NCBI GenBank assembly: GCA_900552285.1
Contig: URYV01000001.1
Location: forward strand, 1-40,300
DNA length: 40,300 nucleotides
Source: an uncultured Oscillospiraceae bacterium
GTDB lineage: Bacteria > Bacillota > Clostridia > Oscillospirales > Acutalibacteraceae
Direction of reading: 5' to 3'
This document shows positions 15,843 through 24,535 of the stretch, piece by piece. Numbering within the stretch: position 1 is the first letter of the stretch; each line of letters begins with the position of its first letter. Under the pieces are notes generated by a model. The model made no database searches. It saw only the letters and a program-made list of their open reading frames with translations, and was not told where the DNA came from. Made by a program: the position numbers and the translations under genes.

Positions 15843-18341
15843 ATGACTCAAGGATTTTTCGACATGGGATTTTCAACACTGTCCCGCGCGGCGGGGCGCT
15901 GCCGCTATCTTCCCAAAGGAAGCCCCGTCGATTTTGGTTCCGATATTAAAAGCCCGTCGCCGACCGAGGTTTCTTTGGCCGGAGAATGGGCTTTTTGCCT
16001 TTTTGAGGGGGAAAAGGCGGTGTCGGAAAAATATTTTGAGGAGGATTTCGACTGCTCCCGCCTTGAAAAGACCGAGCTTCCCCGCCTTTTTGAAAAGCGC
16101 CGCCAAACTCCCTTCTGCTTTCCCGACCTTCCCTCCGCCGAACCCTGCGCCCTCTTTTTAAAGGACGTGGAGCTCGACTTTTCCGGCCGGAAAACCTATC
16201 TTGCCTTTGAGGGCTTTTTGGGGGAAATGAGGGTCTTTATAAACGGCAGTCCCGCCGCCGTGTGCGACGGAACGGGTCATTTGACCGAGTTTGAGGTCAC
16301 GAGATTTTTAAAGCCGGGCAAAAACCGTGTGGCGATTTTGCTTTGCTCTTCGTCAAAAACGGGCTTTTTCCTGGAAAGAGGTGCCCAAAGCTTCGGAATT
16401 TTCGCCCCCTTTTATTTTCTTTCCCGCTCAAAGGGTCACATTTGTGATTTGACCCTTTCGGCCGAGCCTGACGACGGATTTTTTGAGGGCAGCCTTTCTG
16501 TCCGCGCCTTCGGGGAATTCATCGACGGCGGAAAATGCACCCTTTATGACACAAAGGGCGAGCGGGTGAGCGCCGCCGATTTCTCCGAGGATGGCACCGC
16601 CGATCTTAAGGTCGCCCGCCCCCGTATCTGGTCGGACGAACAGCCCGAGCTTTACATTCTCGAGGCCGAGATATGCGGCGAATATATATATAAATATGTG
16701 GGCTTTAAACGGCTTGACAGCGACATGACCGAGGGGCTCCGCCTTAACGGAAGAAGATTTCGCTTTTGCGGCGGAGTTTACGACCCCTTCGGCAAAACCG
16801 CCGAGCAGATAAAGGCCGATATTGTCACCTTAAAGCAAAATCACGTCAATTCTATTATTTTAAAGGGAAACGGCGACTGCGACAGGGTGCTGTCCCTTTG
16901 TGACAAATACGGTATTCTCGTCATTGCCGACGTCGGGGTGAGCGCCGACGCATTTAAGGCGGCGGGAGATTTTCGAATTTTTTCCGACGGAACCCTTTTC
17001 CCCCTTGTCGAAGGCATAATAACCGAGAGGGTAACCGCCCTTCGCAGCCACACCTGCCTTGCAGGCTTTGCCTTTTTAAGCTTTTGCGGCGAGGGCAAAA
17101 ATCTTTTCGACGCAATTTCCCTTGTCAAATCCCTTTGCCCCCTTCCGGTTTTCTATGCCGGCGACCCCGCCGACACGGTGCGCACTTCGGGATATGACAG
17201 CCGCCCCGACATCTTTGTCTGCCCGCCTTCGCTGTCGGTTTTCGACGACCCCTTCGCCGGCAAAAAGCCTGCCGTTGCGGCGGGAGGCCTTGTAAAAAGC
17301 GACGACATACGCCTTTTCGGCTGCTTTGTCGAAAACCCCTTTGATTGCCTTTTCGACATCAAAAATTTCCTGCCCTTCTTCAAGGTGGAGGAAATCGACG
17401 CCTCGTCGGGGGATTTTTACATAACGAATCTATTTTCCTTCAGCTTTCTTTCGCATCTCGAGTGCTCCTTTGAGGTCACATCGAGGGGAAAGGTGACGGC
17501 CGAGGGCTTTGTGGGGGCGCTGCCCCTTTCTCCCGGCAGGTGCGAGAAAATTCATCTGGATTTCGACCTGCCCGAGGGGGACGAAAATTTCATTCGCTTT
17601 GAGTTTAAAAGGCTCGGGGACTGCAAATGGGCGAAGGACGGTTTTTCCGAAGGCTCGGTGCAGTTTGCCCTGCCCTCCCGTCCCCGAAAAACGCCGCCCG
17701 AGACCGACGGCGACGGCCTTTCGGTGAAAAATGAGGACGGAAAAATCTTTATAAAGGGAAAACGCTTCAACTATGTCTTTTCCGAGGTTTTCGGCCGCTT
17801 TGAAAGCATGGAATTCGACCGAAAAAAGCTGACCGACGGCGCCGCCGAGCTTAAGTTTGAATGTGAAAAAGCTCTTTTCCCCGCCTTTTGCGGTTGTGAT
17901 TTTTCCATGGACGGGAAAACCGCCGTGCTTTGCTGCAAATATGTTTACATGGCCGAAAAATCGGCAAAAAAAGAGACCCTAACGGCGGTTTGGTGCGTTT
18001 TTCCCGACGGTCGGGTGACACTCGACTGCTCAATTCCCGCGGGGGACTTTGAAATTTCCCGTTTCGGCCTTGAAATCCCTCTTAAAAATACCGACTTTAC
18101 CTATTTCGGAATGGGAAAGAGGTCGGGCTATAACGGAATTTTCAAAACCGAGGGAAGCGCCGAGCGCAGCGTGCGAAGCTGTCTTTTCGACAAAAACGAC
18201 AGAGGGCTTTGCGCCTTTTGCGCCGACCGCATGACGGTTCAAACGAGCGAAAAAACCGCCTTTTTCCGCTGCGGAGACGGTCGGGGCGAGCTTTCGCTGA
18301 CCCTTTGCCCCGACAGGGAGCACAGGCTTATTTTTGAATAA
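15843..18341 (+). CDS. Glycoside hydrolase family 2 (LacZ-like) homologue, probably not catalytic
   Basis: This is an 832-aa ORF that can be aligned by eye to E. coli LacZ. Aligned pairs are YLAFEGFLGEMRVFINGS with IIFDGVNSAFHLWCNGR, SFGIFAPFYFLS with MSGIFRDVSLLH, PRIWSDEQPELY with PKLWSAEIPNLY, and LKQNHVNSI...LCDKYGILVIAD with MKQNNFNAV...LCDRYGLYVVDE. The NRHEHH, HYPNH and ETHG motifs are replaced, and the segment that should carry the nucleophile motif (ILCEYAHAMGN) is missing. Confidence 0.7.
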   Translation: MTQGFFDMGFSTLSRAAGRCRYLPKGSPVDFGSDIKSPSPTEVSLAGEWAFCLFEGEKAVSEKYFEEDFDCSRLEKTELPRLFEKRRQTPFCFPDLPSAEPCALFLKDVELDFSGRKTYLAFEGFLGEMRVFINGSPAAVCDGTGHLTEFEVTRFLKPGKNRVAILLCSSSKTGFFLERGAQSFGIFAPFYFLSRSKGHICDLTLSAEPDDGFFEGSLSVRAFGEFIDGGKCTLYDTKGERVSAADFSEDGTADLKVARPRIWSDEQPELYILEAEICGEYIYKYVGFKRLDSDMTEGLRLNGRRFRFCGGVYDPFGKTAEQIKADIVTLKQNHVNSIILKGNGDCDRVLSLCDKYGILVIADVGVSADAFKAAGDFRIFSDGTLFPLVEGIITERVTALRSHTCLAGFAFLSFCGEGKNLFDAISLVKSLCPLPVFYAGDPADTVRTSGYDSRPDIFVCPPSLSVFDDPFAGKKPAVAAGGLVKSDDIRLFGCFVENPFDCLFDIKNFLPFFKVEEIDASSGDFYITNLFSFSFLSHLECSFEVTSRGKVTAEGFVGALPLSPGRCEKIHLDFDLPEGDENFIRFEFKRLGDCKWAKDGFSEGSVQFALPSRPRKTPPETDGDGLSVKNEDGKIFIKGKRFNYVFSEVFGRFESMEFDRKKLTDGAAELKFECEKALFPAFCGCDFSMDGKTAVLCCKYVYMAEKSAKKETLTAVWCVFPDGRVTLDCSIPAGDFEISRFGLEIPLKNTDFTYFGMGKRSGYNGIFKTEGSAERSVRSCLFDKNDRGLCAFCADRMTVQTSEKTAFFRCGDGRGELSLTLCPDREHRLIFE

Positions 18342-18352
18342 AAGGTGATTAA

Positions 18353-18841
18353 ATGTTTAATATAGTTCTGGTCGAGCCGGAAATACCCCAAAACACCGGC
18401 AACATCGCCCGTACCTGCGCCGCGACAGGCTCTCGGCTTCATCTTGTCGAGCCCCTCGGCTTTAAAATCGACGATAAAAAATTAAAACGGGCGGGGCTTG
18501 ATTATTGGTGGCTGCTCGACATAAACTATTATAAGAATCTCGACGAATTTTTCGAAAAGAACAAGGGACGGTTTTTCTTCTTTTCCACCAAGGCGACGAA
18601 AAACCATTGCCAGGTCGAATATAAGGATGGGGACTATCTCGTTTTCGGCAAGGAAACAAAGGGCCTCCCCGAAAAGCTGCTTTTTGAGCACAAGGACAGC
18701 TGCGTTCGCCTTCCCATGGTGGACGACGCAAGAAGTCTCAACCTTTCGAATTCGGTGGCGGTGGGAGTTTACGAGGCGCTGCGCCAGACGGGCTTTGAGA
18801 GCCTTAAGCAGGCGGGCAGCCTTCGGGAATACGAGTGGTAA
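18353..18841 (+). CDS. trmL: tRNA (cytidine/uridine-2'-O-)-methyltransferase TrmL (SpoU/TrmH family)
   Basis: This is a 162-aa ORF. IVLVEPEIPQNTGNIARTCAATGSRLHLVEPLGF and the C-terminal LNLSNSVAVGVYEALRQ are typical of TrmL. Confidence 0.9.
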   Translation: MFNIVLVEPEIPQNTGNIARTCAATGSRLHLVEPLGFKIDDKKLKRAGLDYWWLLDINYYKNLDEFFEKNKGRFFFFSTKATKNHCQVEYKDGDYLVFGKETKGLPEKLLFEHKDSCVRLPMVDDARSLNLSNSVAVGVYEALRQTGFESLKQAGSLREYEW

Positions 18842-18888
18842 AGCCGTTTTCGCCGTTTAACCCTTTGCTTTGATTTTAGGGAGGAAGC

Positions 18889-19755
18889 ATGAAAAAATAT
18901 ATTTCAACCGAAAATCTTCTCAGTTTGCTTGCCTTTTTCTGCGGGAGCCTGCTTTATTCCCTGTCGGTCAATGTTTTCACCCTGCCCAACCGCATTGCCC
19001 CCGGCGGGCTGACAGGCGTTTCGACCCTTATAAATTATGTGACCGGCTTTCCTGTCGGTACGGCGGTCATTTTGATGAACTTGCCGCTATTTTTCTTCGG
19101 TGCCAAGGTGCTCGGGCGGGACTTTCTTTTAAAAACCGTCGCCGCCACACTCATTTCCTCGGCGGTTATAGACGTGCTTGCCCCCTTTGTGCCGAAATAC
19201 AGCGGCGACCCCATGCTTGCTGCCATATACGGCGGAGTGCTGTCGGGAGCGGGCATGGCGCTGATTTTCGTCCGCGGGGGAACCACGGGCGGCACCGACA
19301 TTCTCGCAAAGCTTATAAAGCACGCCTTTCCCCATATTTCGCTGGGGCATATAATTCTCGCTCTTGACGCCGTCATTCTCGCCGGGGCGGCGATCGTTTA
19401 CAAAAGCGTCGACAGCGCCCTTTATGCCATAATCGTCATTTTCGTTTCCACCACAATAATCGACCGCTCGCTCTACGGGGCGGGAAGCGGCAAGGTGGTC
19501 TACGTCTTTTCGAGAAAGGCCGACGAAATCGCAAAAAGCATAACCGTCGAGCTGTGCCGCGGCGCCACCCTCCTTAAAACCACCGGCGCCTATTCGGGTG
19601 ACGACCGCAGGGTGGTCATGTGCGCCGTTAGAAAGCATGAGGTTTTCCGTCTTAAAAAGATTATTATACAAATCGACCCCACCGCCTTTGTCATTGTGGG
19701 CGACGTGGGTCAGGTCATGGGCAACGGATTCAATTCGCTTAAAAACAGCGACTGA
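18889..19755 (+). CDS. YitT-family membrane protein (with C-terminal DUF2179-type domain)
   Basis: This is a 288-aa ORF with multiple TM helices, the motif NRIAPGGLTGVSTLINY, and the C-terminal soluble domain characteristic of YitT proteins. Confidence 0.85.
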   Translation: MKKYISTENLLSLLAFFCGSLLYSLSVNVFTLPNRIAPGGLTGVSTLINYVTGFPVGTAVILMNLPLFFFGAKVLGRDFLLKTVAATLISSAVIDVLAPFVPKYSGDPMLAAIYGGVLSGAGMALIFVRGGTTGGTDILAKLIKHAFPHISLGHIILALDAVILAGAAIVYKSVDSALYAIIVIFVSTTIIDRSLYGAGSGKVVYVFSRKADEIAKSITVELCRGATLLKTTGAYSGDDRRVVMCAVRKHEVFRLKKIIIQIDPTAFVIVGDVGQVMGNGFNSLKNSD

Positions 19756-19768
19756 ACAGGAGAAGAGT

Positions 19769-21295
19769 ATGAACGACAAAATTTTCGGCGCCGGCCTTTT
19801 CGGTATCGACGCCTTCGCCGCAGAGGTCGAGACCTACATTTCCGAGGGACTTCCCAAATTCGACATTGTGGGGCTTCCCGACTCGGCGGTCAGAGAATCG
19901 AGAGATCGGGTGCGCGCGGCGCTGACCAACTGCGGATTTTCCTTCCCGCCCTCCCGCATAACCGTCAATCTCGCTCCCGCCGACATAAAAAAGTCGGGAG
20001 TGCTTTACGATTTGCCGATACTTTTGTCGGTTCTTGCAAAAAGCGGTCAGCTTAACGCCGATTTCGACGGTCTTATGTTTGTGGGCGAGCTGTCGCTGTC
20101 GGGGGAGATACGCCCTGCGGCGGGTGTGCTTCCCATGGTCATAAAGGCGCGGGAGCTGGGCTTTAAAGGCATTTTCATTCCCGAAAAGAACGCTCCCGAG
20201 GGAGCCGTTGTGGAGGGAATAGAGGTTTATCCCGCGAAAAACGTGCTGAATGTCGTGGATCACCTCACCGGGTTTTCAAAAATCCCGCCCGCCTCTCCCG
20301 AGGACTATCCGCCGTCGGTTCCCGTTCATTTCCCCGATTTTTCCGAGGTCTGCGGCCAGGAGGCGGCCAAAAGAGCCCTCGAGGTGGCGGCGGCGGGGGG
20401 ACACAACGTGCTGCTTATCGGCCCTCCCGGCTCGGGCAAAAGTATGCTTGCAAAGAGACTTCCGGGAATTCTTCCCGACATGACCTTTGAGGAGTCGATA
20501 GAAACCACCAAAATCCATTCCATTGCCGGGGCTCTTCCCGACAATGTGGGTCTTATAAGAACCCGCCCCTTCCGCTCTCCCCACCACAATGTTTCGGCGG
20601 TGGCGCTTGCGGGGGGCGGCACCTTCCCGAAACCGGGAGAGGTCTCCCTTGCACACAACGGCGTGCTTTTTCTGGACGAGCTCCCCGAGTTTTCCCGCTC
20701 GGCGATGGAGGTGCTCCGTCAGCCCCTTGAGGATAAAAAGGTTGTGATTTCCCGTTCGGCGGCCTCGGTGGCCTACCCCTGCGAGATAATGCTTGTGGCG
20801 GCCATGAATCCCTGCCCCTGCGGCAATTTCGGCCACCCGAAAAAGAAATGCACCTGTTCGGCAAAATCGGTGTCGAAATACCTCGGGCGGGTGAGCGGAC
20901 CGCTGCTCGACCGTATAGACATACATATCGAGGTTCCTCCCGTGGAGTTCGACGAGCTGACCGACAGCCGCAAGGCCGAGCCCTCAAGCGCGATCAGAGA
21001 GCGGGTCAACGAGGCCAGAAAAATTCAGCAAAACCGCTTTAAGGGACTGCCCTTTTCCTGCAACGCCTCCATAACCCCCGACGTGCTGCCCGAGGCCTGC
21101 CAAATGACCGATCGGGCGAGAAATATGCTGGAGGTGGCCTTTAACCGCCTCGGCCTTTCGGCGAGAGCCTATGACCGCATACTCAAGGTGGCGAGAACGG
21201 TGGCCGATCTTCAGTCGTCTTCGGTTATCGACCAAAATCACATCATGGAGGCCATACAGTATCGCTCTCTTGACAGAAAGTATTGGAATTCCTGA
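19769..21295 (+). CDS. comM: YifB/ComM-family Mg-chelatase-like AAA+ ATPase
   Basis: The protein has a Lon-protease-like N-domain (GLPKFDIVGLPDSAVRESRDRV), Walker A GPPGSGKS, Walker B LFLDELPEF and a C-terminal Mg-chelatase domain. I prefer the ATG at 19769, preceded by AGGAGAAGAGT, over the track start at 19598, which overlaps the YitT gene by 158 nt. Confidence 0.9.
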   Translation: MNDKIFGAGLFGIDAFAAEVETYISEGLPKFDIVGLPDSAVRESRDRVRAALTNCGFSFPPSRITVNLAPADIKKSGVLYDLPILLSVLAKSGQLNADFDGLMFVGELSLSGEIRPAAGVLPMVIKARELGFKGIFIPEKNAPEGAVVEGIEVYPAKNVLNVVDHLTGFSKIPPASPEDYPPSVPVHFPDFSEVCGQEAAKRALEVAAAGGHNVLLIGPPGSGKSMLAKRLPGILPDMTFEESIETTKIHSIAGALPDNVGLIRTRPFRSPHHNVSAVALAGGGTFPKPGEVSLAHNGVLFLDELPEFSRSAMEVLRQPLEDKKVVISRSAASVAYPCEIMLVAAMNPCPCGNFGHPKKKCTCSAKSVSKYLGRVSGPLLDRIDIHIEVPPVEFDELTDSRKAEPSSAIRERVNEARKIQQNRFKGLPFSCNASITPDVLPEACQMTDRARNMLEVAFNRLGLSARAYDRILKVARTVADLQSSSVIDQNHIMEAIQYRSLDRKYWNS

Positions 21296-21316
21296 ACCGC
21301 TTTTTGCCACCGACCG

Positions 21317-21973
21317 TCATTTTGCTCCGAAAAGGCGGCAGACGGCGGATTTAAGCGATTCATAAATCTCCACCGCCTTGAATTTTACCTTATATCGGTC
21401 TCCTCCCGACACAAGCTCGGCGCCGCCGTCGCTTAAAATTTCCTCGACCCTTTCGCCGTCCGACGCAACCTCGCAGCCGGCCGAAACGCACATGGGCGGA
21501 AACATGACGCACCACCAATTTTTCCCCTCGCCCCGGCCGATAACCACCCGCAGCGCCTCATATTCCCCGGCGGGGAGGGTGATACCGTCGTATTTTCTTG
21601 TGGAAAAATCCGCCTGCCCGAGGGTGACGCAAACGCCGTCGCCGCAGCCGTTCTTTTCAAGCTCGTCCCGCGCCGCGTCGGTAAGATAGGGGAGATTTTC
21701 TCTTATGATTTGCTCGGCCTGCTCCTTGGTTTCCGCGTTCCCGAGAAAAAGCCGCCCCTCCTTAAGCAGTCGGTCGCGCACCTTGATTTTAAGCTGCTGG
21801 TCGGCGGGCGAATCGGAATTTGCCACAATGTGAAGCCGCAGCAGATTTTCCCTGATTTCCCCCGAAAGGGCGTTGAGAGAAAGGGCCTCAAAGGCCAGAG
21901 CGGCGCAAAGCCCAAGCAAAAGCGCGGCGGTAAAAAGCCGCCTTTTTCCCGAATTAAGTAAAAATTTTTTCAT
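21317..21973 (-). CDS. spoIIR: Stage II sporulation protein R
   Basis: The protein has a signal/TM segment and then LRLHIVANSDSPADQQLKIKVRDRLL, the SpoIIR signature. I prefer the ATG at 21973, which has GGAGG 8 nt upstream, over the GTG at 21982. Confidence 0.9.
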   Translation of the reverse strand: MKKFLLNSGKRRLFTAALLLGLCAALAFEALSLNALSGEIRENLLRLHIVANSDSPADQQLKIKVRDRLLKEGRLFLGNAETKEQAEQIIRENLPYLTDAARDELEKNGCGDGVCVTLGQADFSTRKYDGITLPAGEYEALRVVIGRGEGKNWWCVMFPPMCVSAGCEVASDGERVEEILSDGGAELVSGGDRYKVKFKAVEIYESLKSAVCRLFGAK

Positions 21974-22109
21974 GATAAACACCTCCGAAAGATTGCTCGG
22001 TCTTATCTTTGGAGGTCTTTTATGTTTTTATTCATTTTTCCCGATGCCGCAAAAAACCGCCGTTGACGGGAGTGGCGGCTTATACTATAATACCGAAAGA
22101 GGTGAGCTT

Positions 22110-22717
22110 ATGGCAAAGAAAAGCGGGCGCAACACAAAAAGCAAAATCGTATCGGCGGCATGGAAGCTCTTTTACGATCAGGGCTATGACGCCACGACGG
22201 TTGAGGAAATAATTTTCGAATCGGGCACGTCGAAAGGCTCGTTTTATCATTATTTCGACGGTAAGGACGCATTGCTCGGCACCCTCGCCGACCTTTTCGA
22301 CCAAAAATACGAAAGCCTTGAGCCGAGCCTCGACGTGAACGGCGATTGTGTGGAGCAGCTGCTTTTTTTAAACCGCGAGCTGTTCGATATGCTTGAAAAC
22401 ACGGTTGATCTCGAGCTTGTCAAGCGGCTTTATGCATTTTGATATTATATCGGAGCGCTAAGGCGAGCACCGCCAAGGGCGAAAAACAGCTTCTCGACCA
22501 CAACCGAGTTTACTACCGCCTGCTGCGAAAGCTGGTGCTTGCGGGGCAAAAGTCGGGTCAGCTGACCGATAAGCAAACGGTCAACGACATTGTGCGTTAC
22601 TATGCCTTTTGCGAGCGGTCGCTTATATACGATTGGGGGCTGTGCAACGGCGAATTTTCCCTTAAGGAATCGGCCGGCCGTCTTATGCCCTTTTTCATGG
22701 AAAGAATAAAAAAATAA
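22110..22717 (+). pseudogene. TetR/AcrR-family regulator split by a frameshift near 22440
   Basis: ORF part 1 (22110-22442) encodes the TetR HTH (KSKIVSAAWKLFYDQGYDATTVEEIIFESGTSKGSFYHYF) and ends ...VKRLYAF*. Part 2 (22439-22717) is in another frame and continues with a typical TetR C-terminal ligand domain (GEKQLLDHNRVYYRLLRKLVLAGQKSGQLTDKQ...). Together they give about 200 aa, the normal TetR length. Confidence 0.75.
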
Positions 22718-22812
22718 AAAAATAAAAAGTTTATTTTTTGTATCAAGTCGAGTATATTAAAAAGTATTGTCGCTTTTCCGCGAAATAAAGCGAAAAATAA
22801 CCAAAACATTAA

Positions 22813-22844
22813 AACAGAGTACAGAATTTGTTCTGTACTCTGTT
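22813..22844. repeat. Perfect 14-bp inverted repeat (AACAGAGTACAGAA-TTTG-TTCTGTACTCTGTT). It is either a terminator for the TetR gene or an operator upstream of putP.
   Basis: I read it directly from the sequence. It is followed by short CTGTA/GTAT direct repeats that run into the putP -35 region. Confidence 0.6.
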
Positions 22845-22849
22845 CTGTA

Positions 22850-22878
22850 TTGTATTCTGTGTTTCCGTATGGTATACT
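22850..22878 (+). promoter_or_regulatory. Sigma-A-type promoter with extended -10 for putP
   Basis: The promoter reads TTGTAT (22850-22855), a 17-nt spacer, then TGgTATACT (-10 at 22873-22878). It lies about 30-40 nt upstream of the putP start, which is preceded by the RBS AAGGAGAG. Confidence 0.5.
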
Positions 22879-22907
22879 TTGCCCGTTAACAAAAATTTAA
22901 GGAGAGT

Positions 22908-24470
22908 GTGACGGAAATGTTCACAACAAACGACTGGATAGTGCTGATCACCATACTGGCCTATATGGCGATTATGATAGCCATCGGTTTCGCGGTCAGC
23001 AAGAAAAACAAAACCTCCTCCGACTTCTTCCTCGGCGGACGTCAGCTCGGCCCCCTTGTGACGGCCATGAGCGCCGAAGCCTCCGACATGAGCGGCTGGC
23101 TGCTTATGGGAATGCCCGGCCTTGCCCTTATGACCGGCGTGCCCGAGGCCTTTTGGACGGCGGTGGGTCTTGCAATAGGAACCTATCTCAACTGGCTTTT
23201 CGTGGCCAAAAGACTTCGCGTTTACAGCCACCGCATCGACGCCTTCACCATTCCCGATTTCTTTGCCCGCCGTTTCGGCGACGGTAAAAAGGTGCTGACC
23301 TGCATTTCTGCGCTGATGATAGTGGTTTTCTTCATTCCCTACACCGCGTCGGGATTTTGCGCCTGCGGAAAACTCTTTTCCTCCCTTTTCGGAATGGATT
23401 ACATGACCGCCATGATAATAAGCGCCGCGGTTATCATTCTTTACTGCACGCTGGGCGGATTTTTCGCCGCCTCCTTCACCGATTTTGTACAGAGCATAAT
23501 CATGACGGTTGCCCTGCTTATCGTGCTCGGCCTCGGAGAGGGTCTCATCGGCGGGTTCGACAAGGTTTTCGCCAACGTTTCCGAGCTTTCGGGCTATCTC
23601 AATGTTTTTGAGGGCTACGACGTGGCCAAGGGCGTGACCGGAAATTACAATGCCCTGACGGTTGCCTCCACCCTTGCCTGGGGACTCGGTTATTTCGGAA
23701 TGCCCCACATTCTTCTCCGCTTTATGGCAATCGGAGACGAGAAAAAGCTTAAGCTTTCCCGCCGCGTCGCCTCGGTTTGGGTGACCATTGCCATGGGAGT
23801 TGCCATTCTTATCGGAATTATCGGATTTTCTCTCATGAAAAACGGAATCGTGCCAAGCTATGCCGACAATGCCGCCGCCGAAAGCGTCATTGTGGACATC
23901 GCCAAATTCCTGAGTAAATACGGCTATGTTGCGGCCTTTGCGGGCGGAATAGTCCTTGCGGGTATTCTCGCCTCCACCATGTCCACCGCCGATTCCCAAC
24001 TCCTTGCCGCCGCCTCGAGCATTTCCGAAAACCTTGTTCAGGAAAGCTTCGGCGTCAAGCTGTCGGTTAAAAAGTCCATGCTGCTTGCGCGAATTTCGGT
24101 TGTGGTCATTTCGATAATCGCCATCTTCCTTGCGAGAAATCCCGACAGCTCGGTTTTCCGTATCGTTTCCTTTGCGTGGGCGGGCTTCGGAGCCGCCTTC
24201 GGCCCGGTGGTGCTCTGCGCCCTCTTCTGGAGACGCGCCAACAAATACGGAGCCGTCGCCGGAATGGTTTCGGGAGGAGCCATGGTCTTTATCTGGAAAT
24301 TCCTCGTCCGTCCCGCCTTTGCCGGCACAATTCTCGACATATACGAGCTGCTGCCCGCCTTCCTTCTCAACCTTGCCGTGATTATCGTCGTCAGCCTGCT
24401 GACCAAGGCTCCCGACAAGGAGCTTACCGACAAGTTCGACGAAATAAAGGCCGAGTGCAAAAGCATATAA
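22908..24470 (+). CDS. putP: Sodium:proline symporter (SSF family)
   Basis: This is a 520-aa polytopic ORF with the PutP-type N-terminus FFLGGRQLGPLVTAMSAEASDMSGWLLMGMPGLA. The true start may be the ATG at 22917 rather than the GTG at 22908. Confidence 0.9.
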   Translation: MTEMFTTNDWIVLITILAYMAIMIAIGFAVSKKNKTSSDFFLGGRQLGPLVTAMSAEASDMSGWLLMGMPGLALMTGVPEAFWTAVGLAIGTYLNWLFVAKRLRVYSHRIDAFTIPDFFARRFGDGKKVLTCISALMIVVFFIPYTASGFCACGKLFSSLFGMDYMTAMIISAAVIILYCTLGGFFAASFTDFVQSIIMTVALLIVLGLGEGLIGGFDKVFANVSELSGYLNVFEGYDVAKGVTGNYNALTVASTLAWGLGYFGMPHILLRFMAIGDEKKLKLSRRVASVWVTIAMGVAILIGIIGFSLMKNGIVPSYADNAAAESVIVDIAKFLSKYGYVAAFAGGIVLAGILASTMSTADSQLLAAASSISENLVQESFGVKLSVKKSMLLARISVVVISIIAIFLARNPDSSVFRIVSFAWAGFGAAFGPVVLCALFWRRANKYGAVAGMVSGGAMVFIWKFLVRPAFAGTILDIYELLPAFLLNLAVIIVVSLLTKAPDKELTDKFDEIKAECKSI

Positions 24471-24483
24471 ACAAATCAAAGCA

Positions 24484-24517
24484 AAATCCCCGTTCCGTGT
24501 ATTCGGAGCGGGGATTT
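24484..24517. terminator. Bidirectional hairpin terminator between the convergent putP gene and the phage-derived module
   Basis: AAATCCCCGTTCCG (24484-24497) pairs with CGGAGCGGGGATTT (24504-24517). That gives 14 bp including one G-U pair, with a 6-nt loop. There are A/T runs on both sides. Confidence 0.6.
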
Positions 24518-24535
24518 CGTTATGGAGGCGAAAAT

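Noticed and set aside
19598-19768. N-terminal extension of the ComM/YifB ORF as given in the ORF track (start 19598)
   Set aside because: The extension overlaps the 3' end of the YitT-family gene by 158 nt and has no similarity to YifB N-termini. The ATG at 19769 has a proper RBS, and the protein from there begins at the conserved Lon-like domain.
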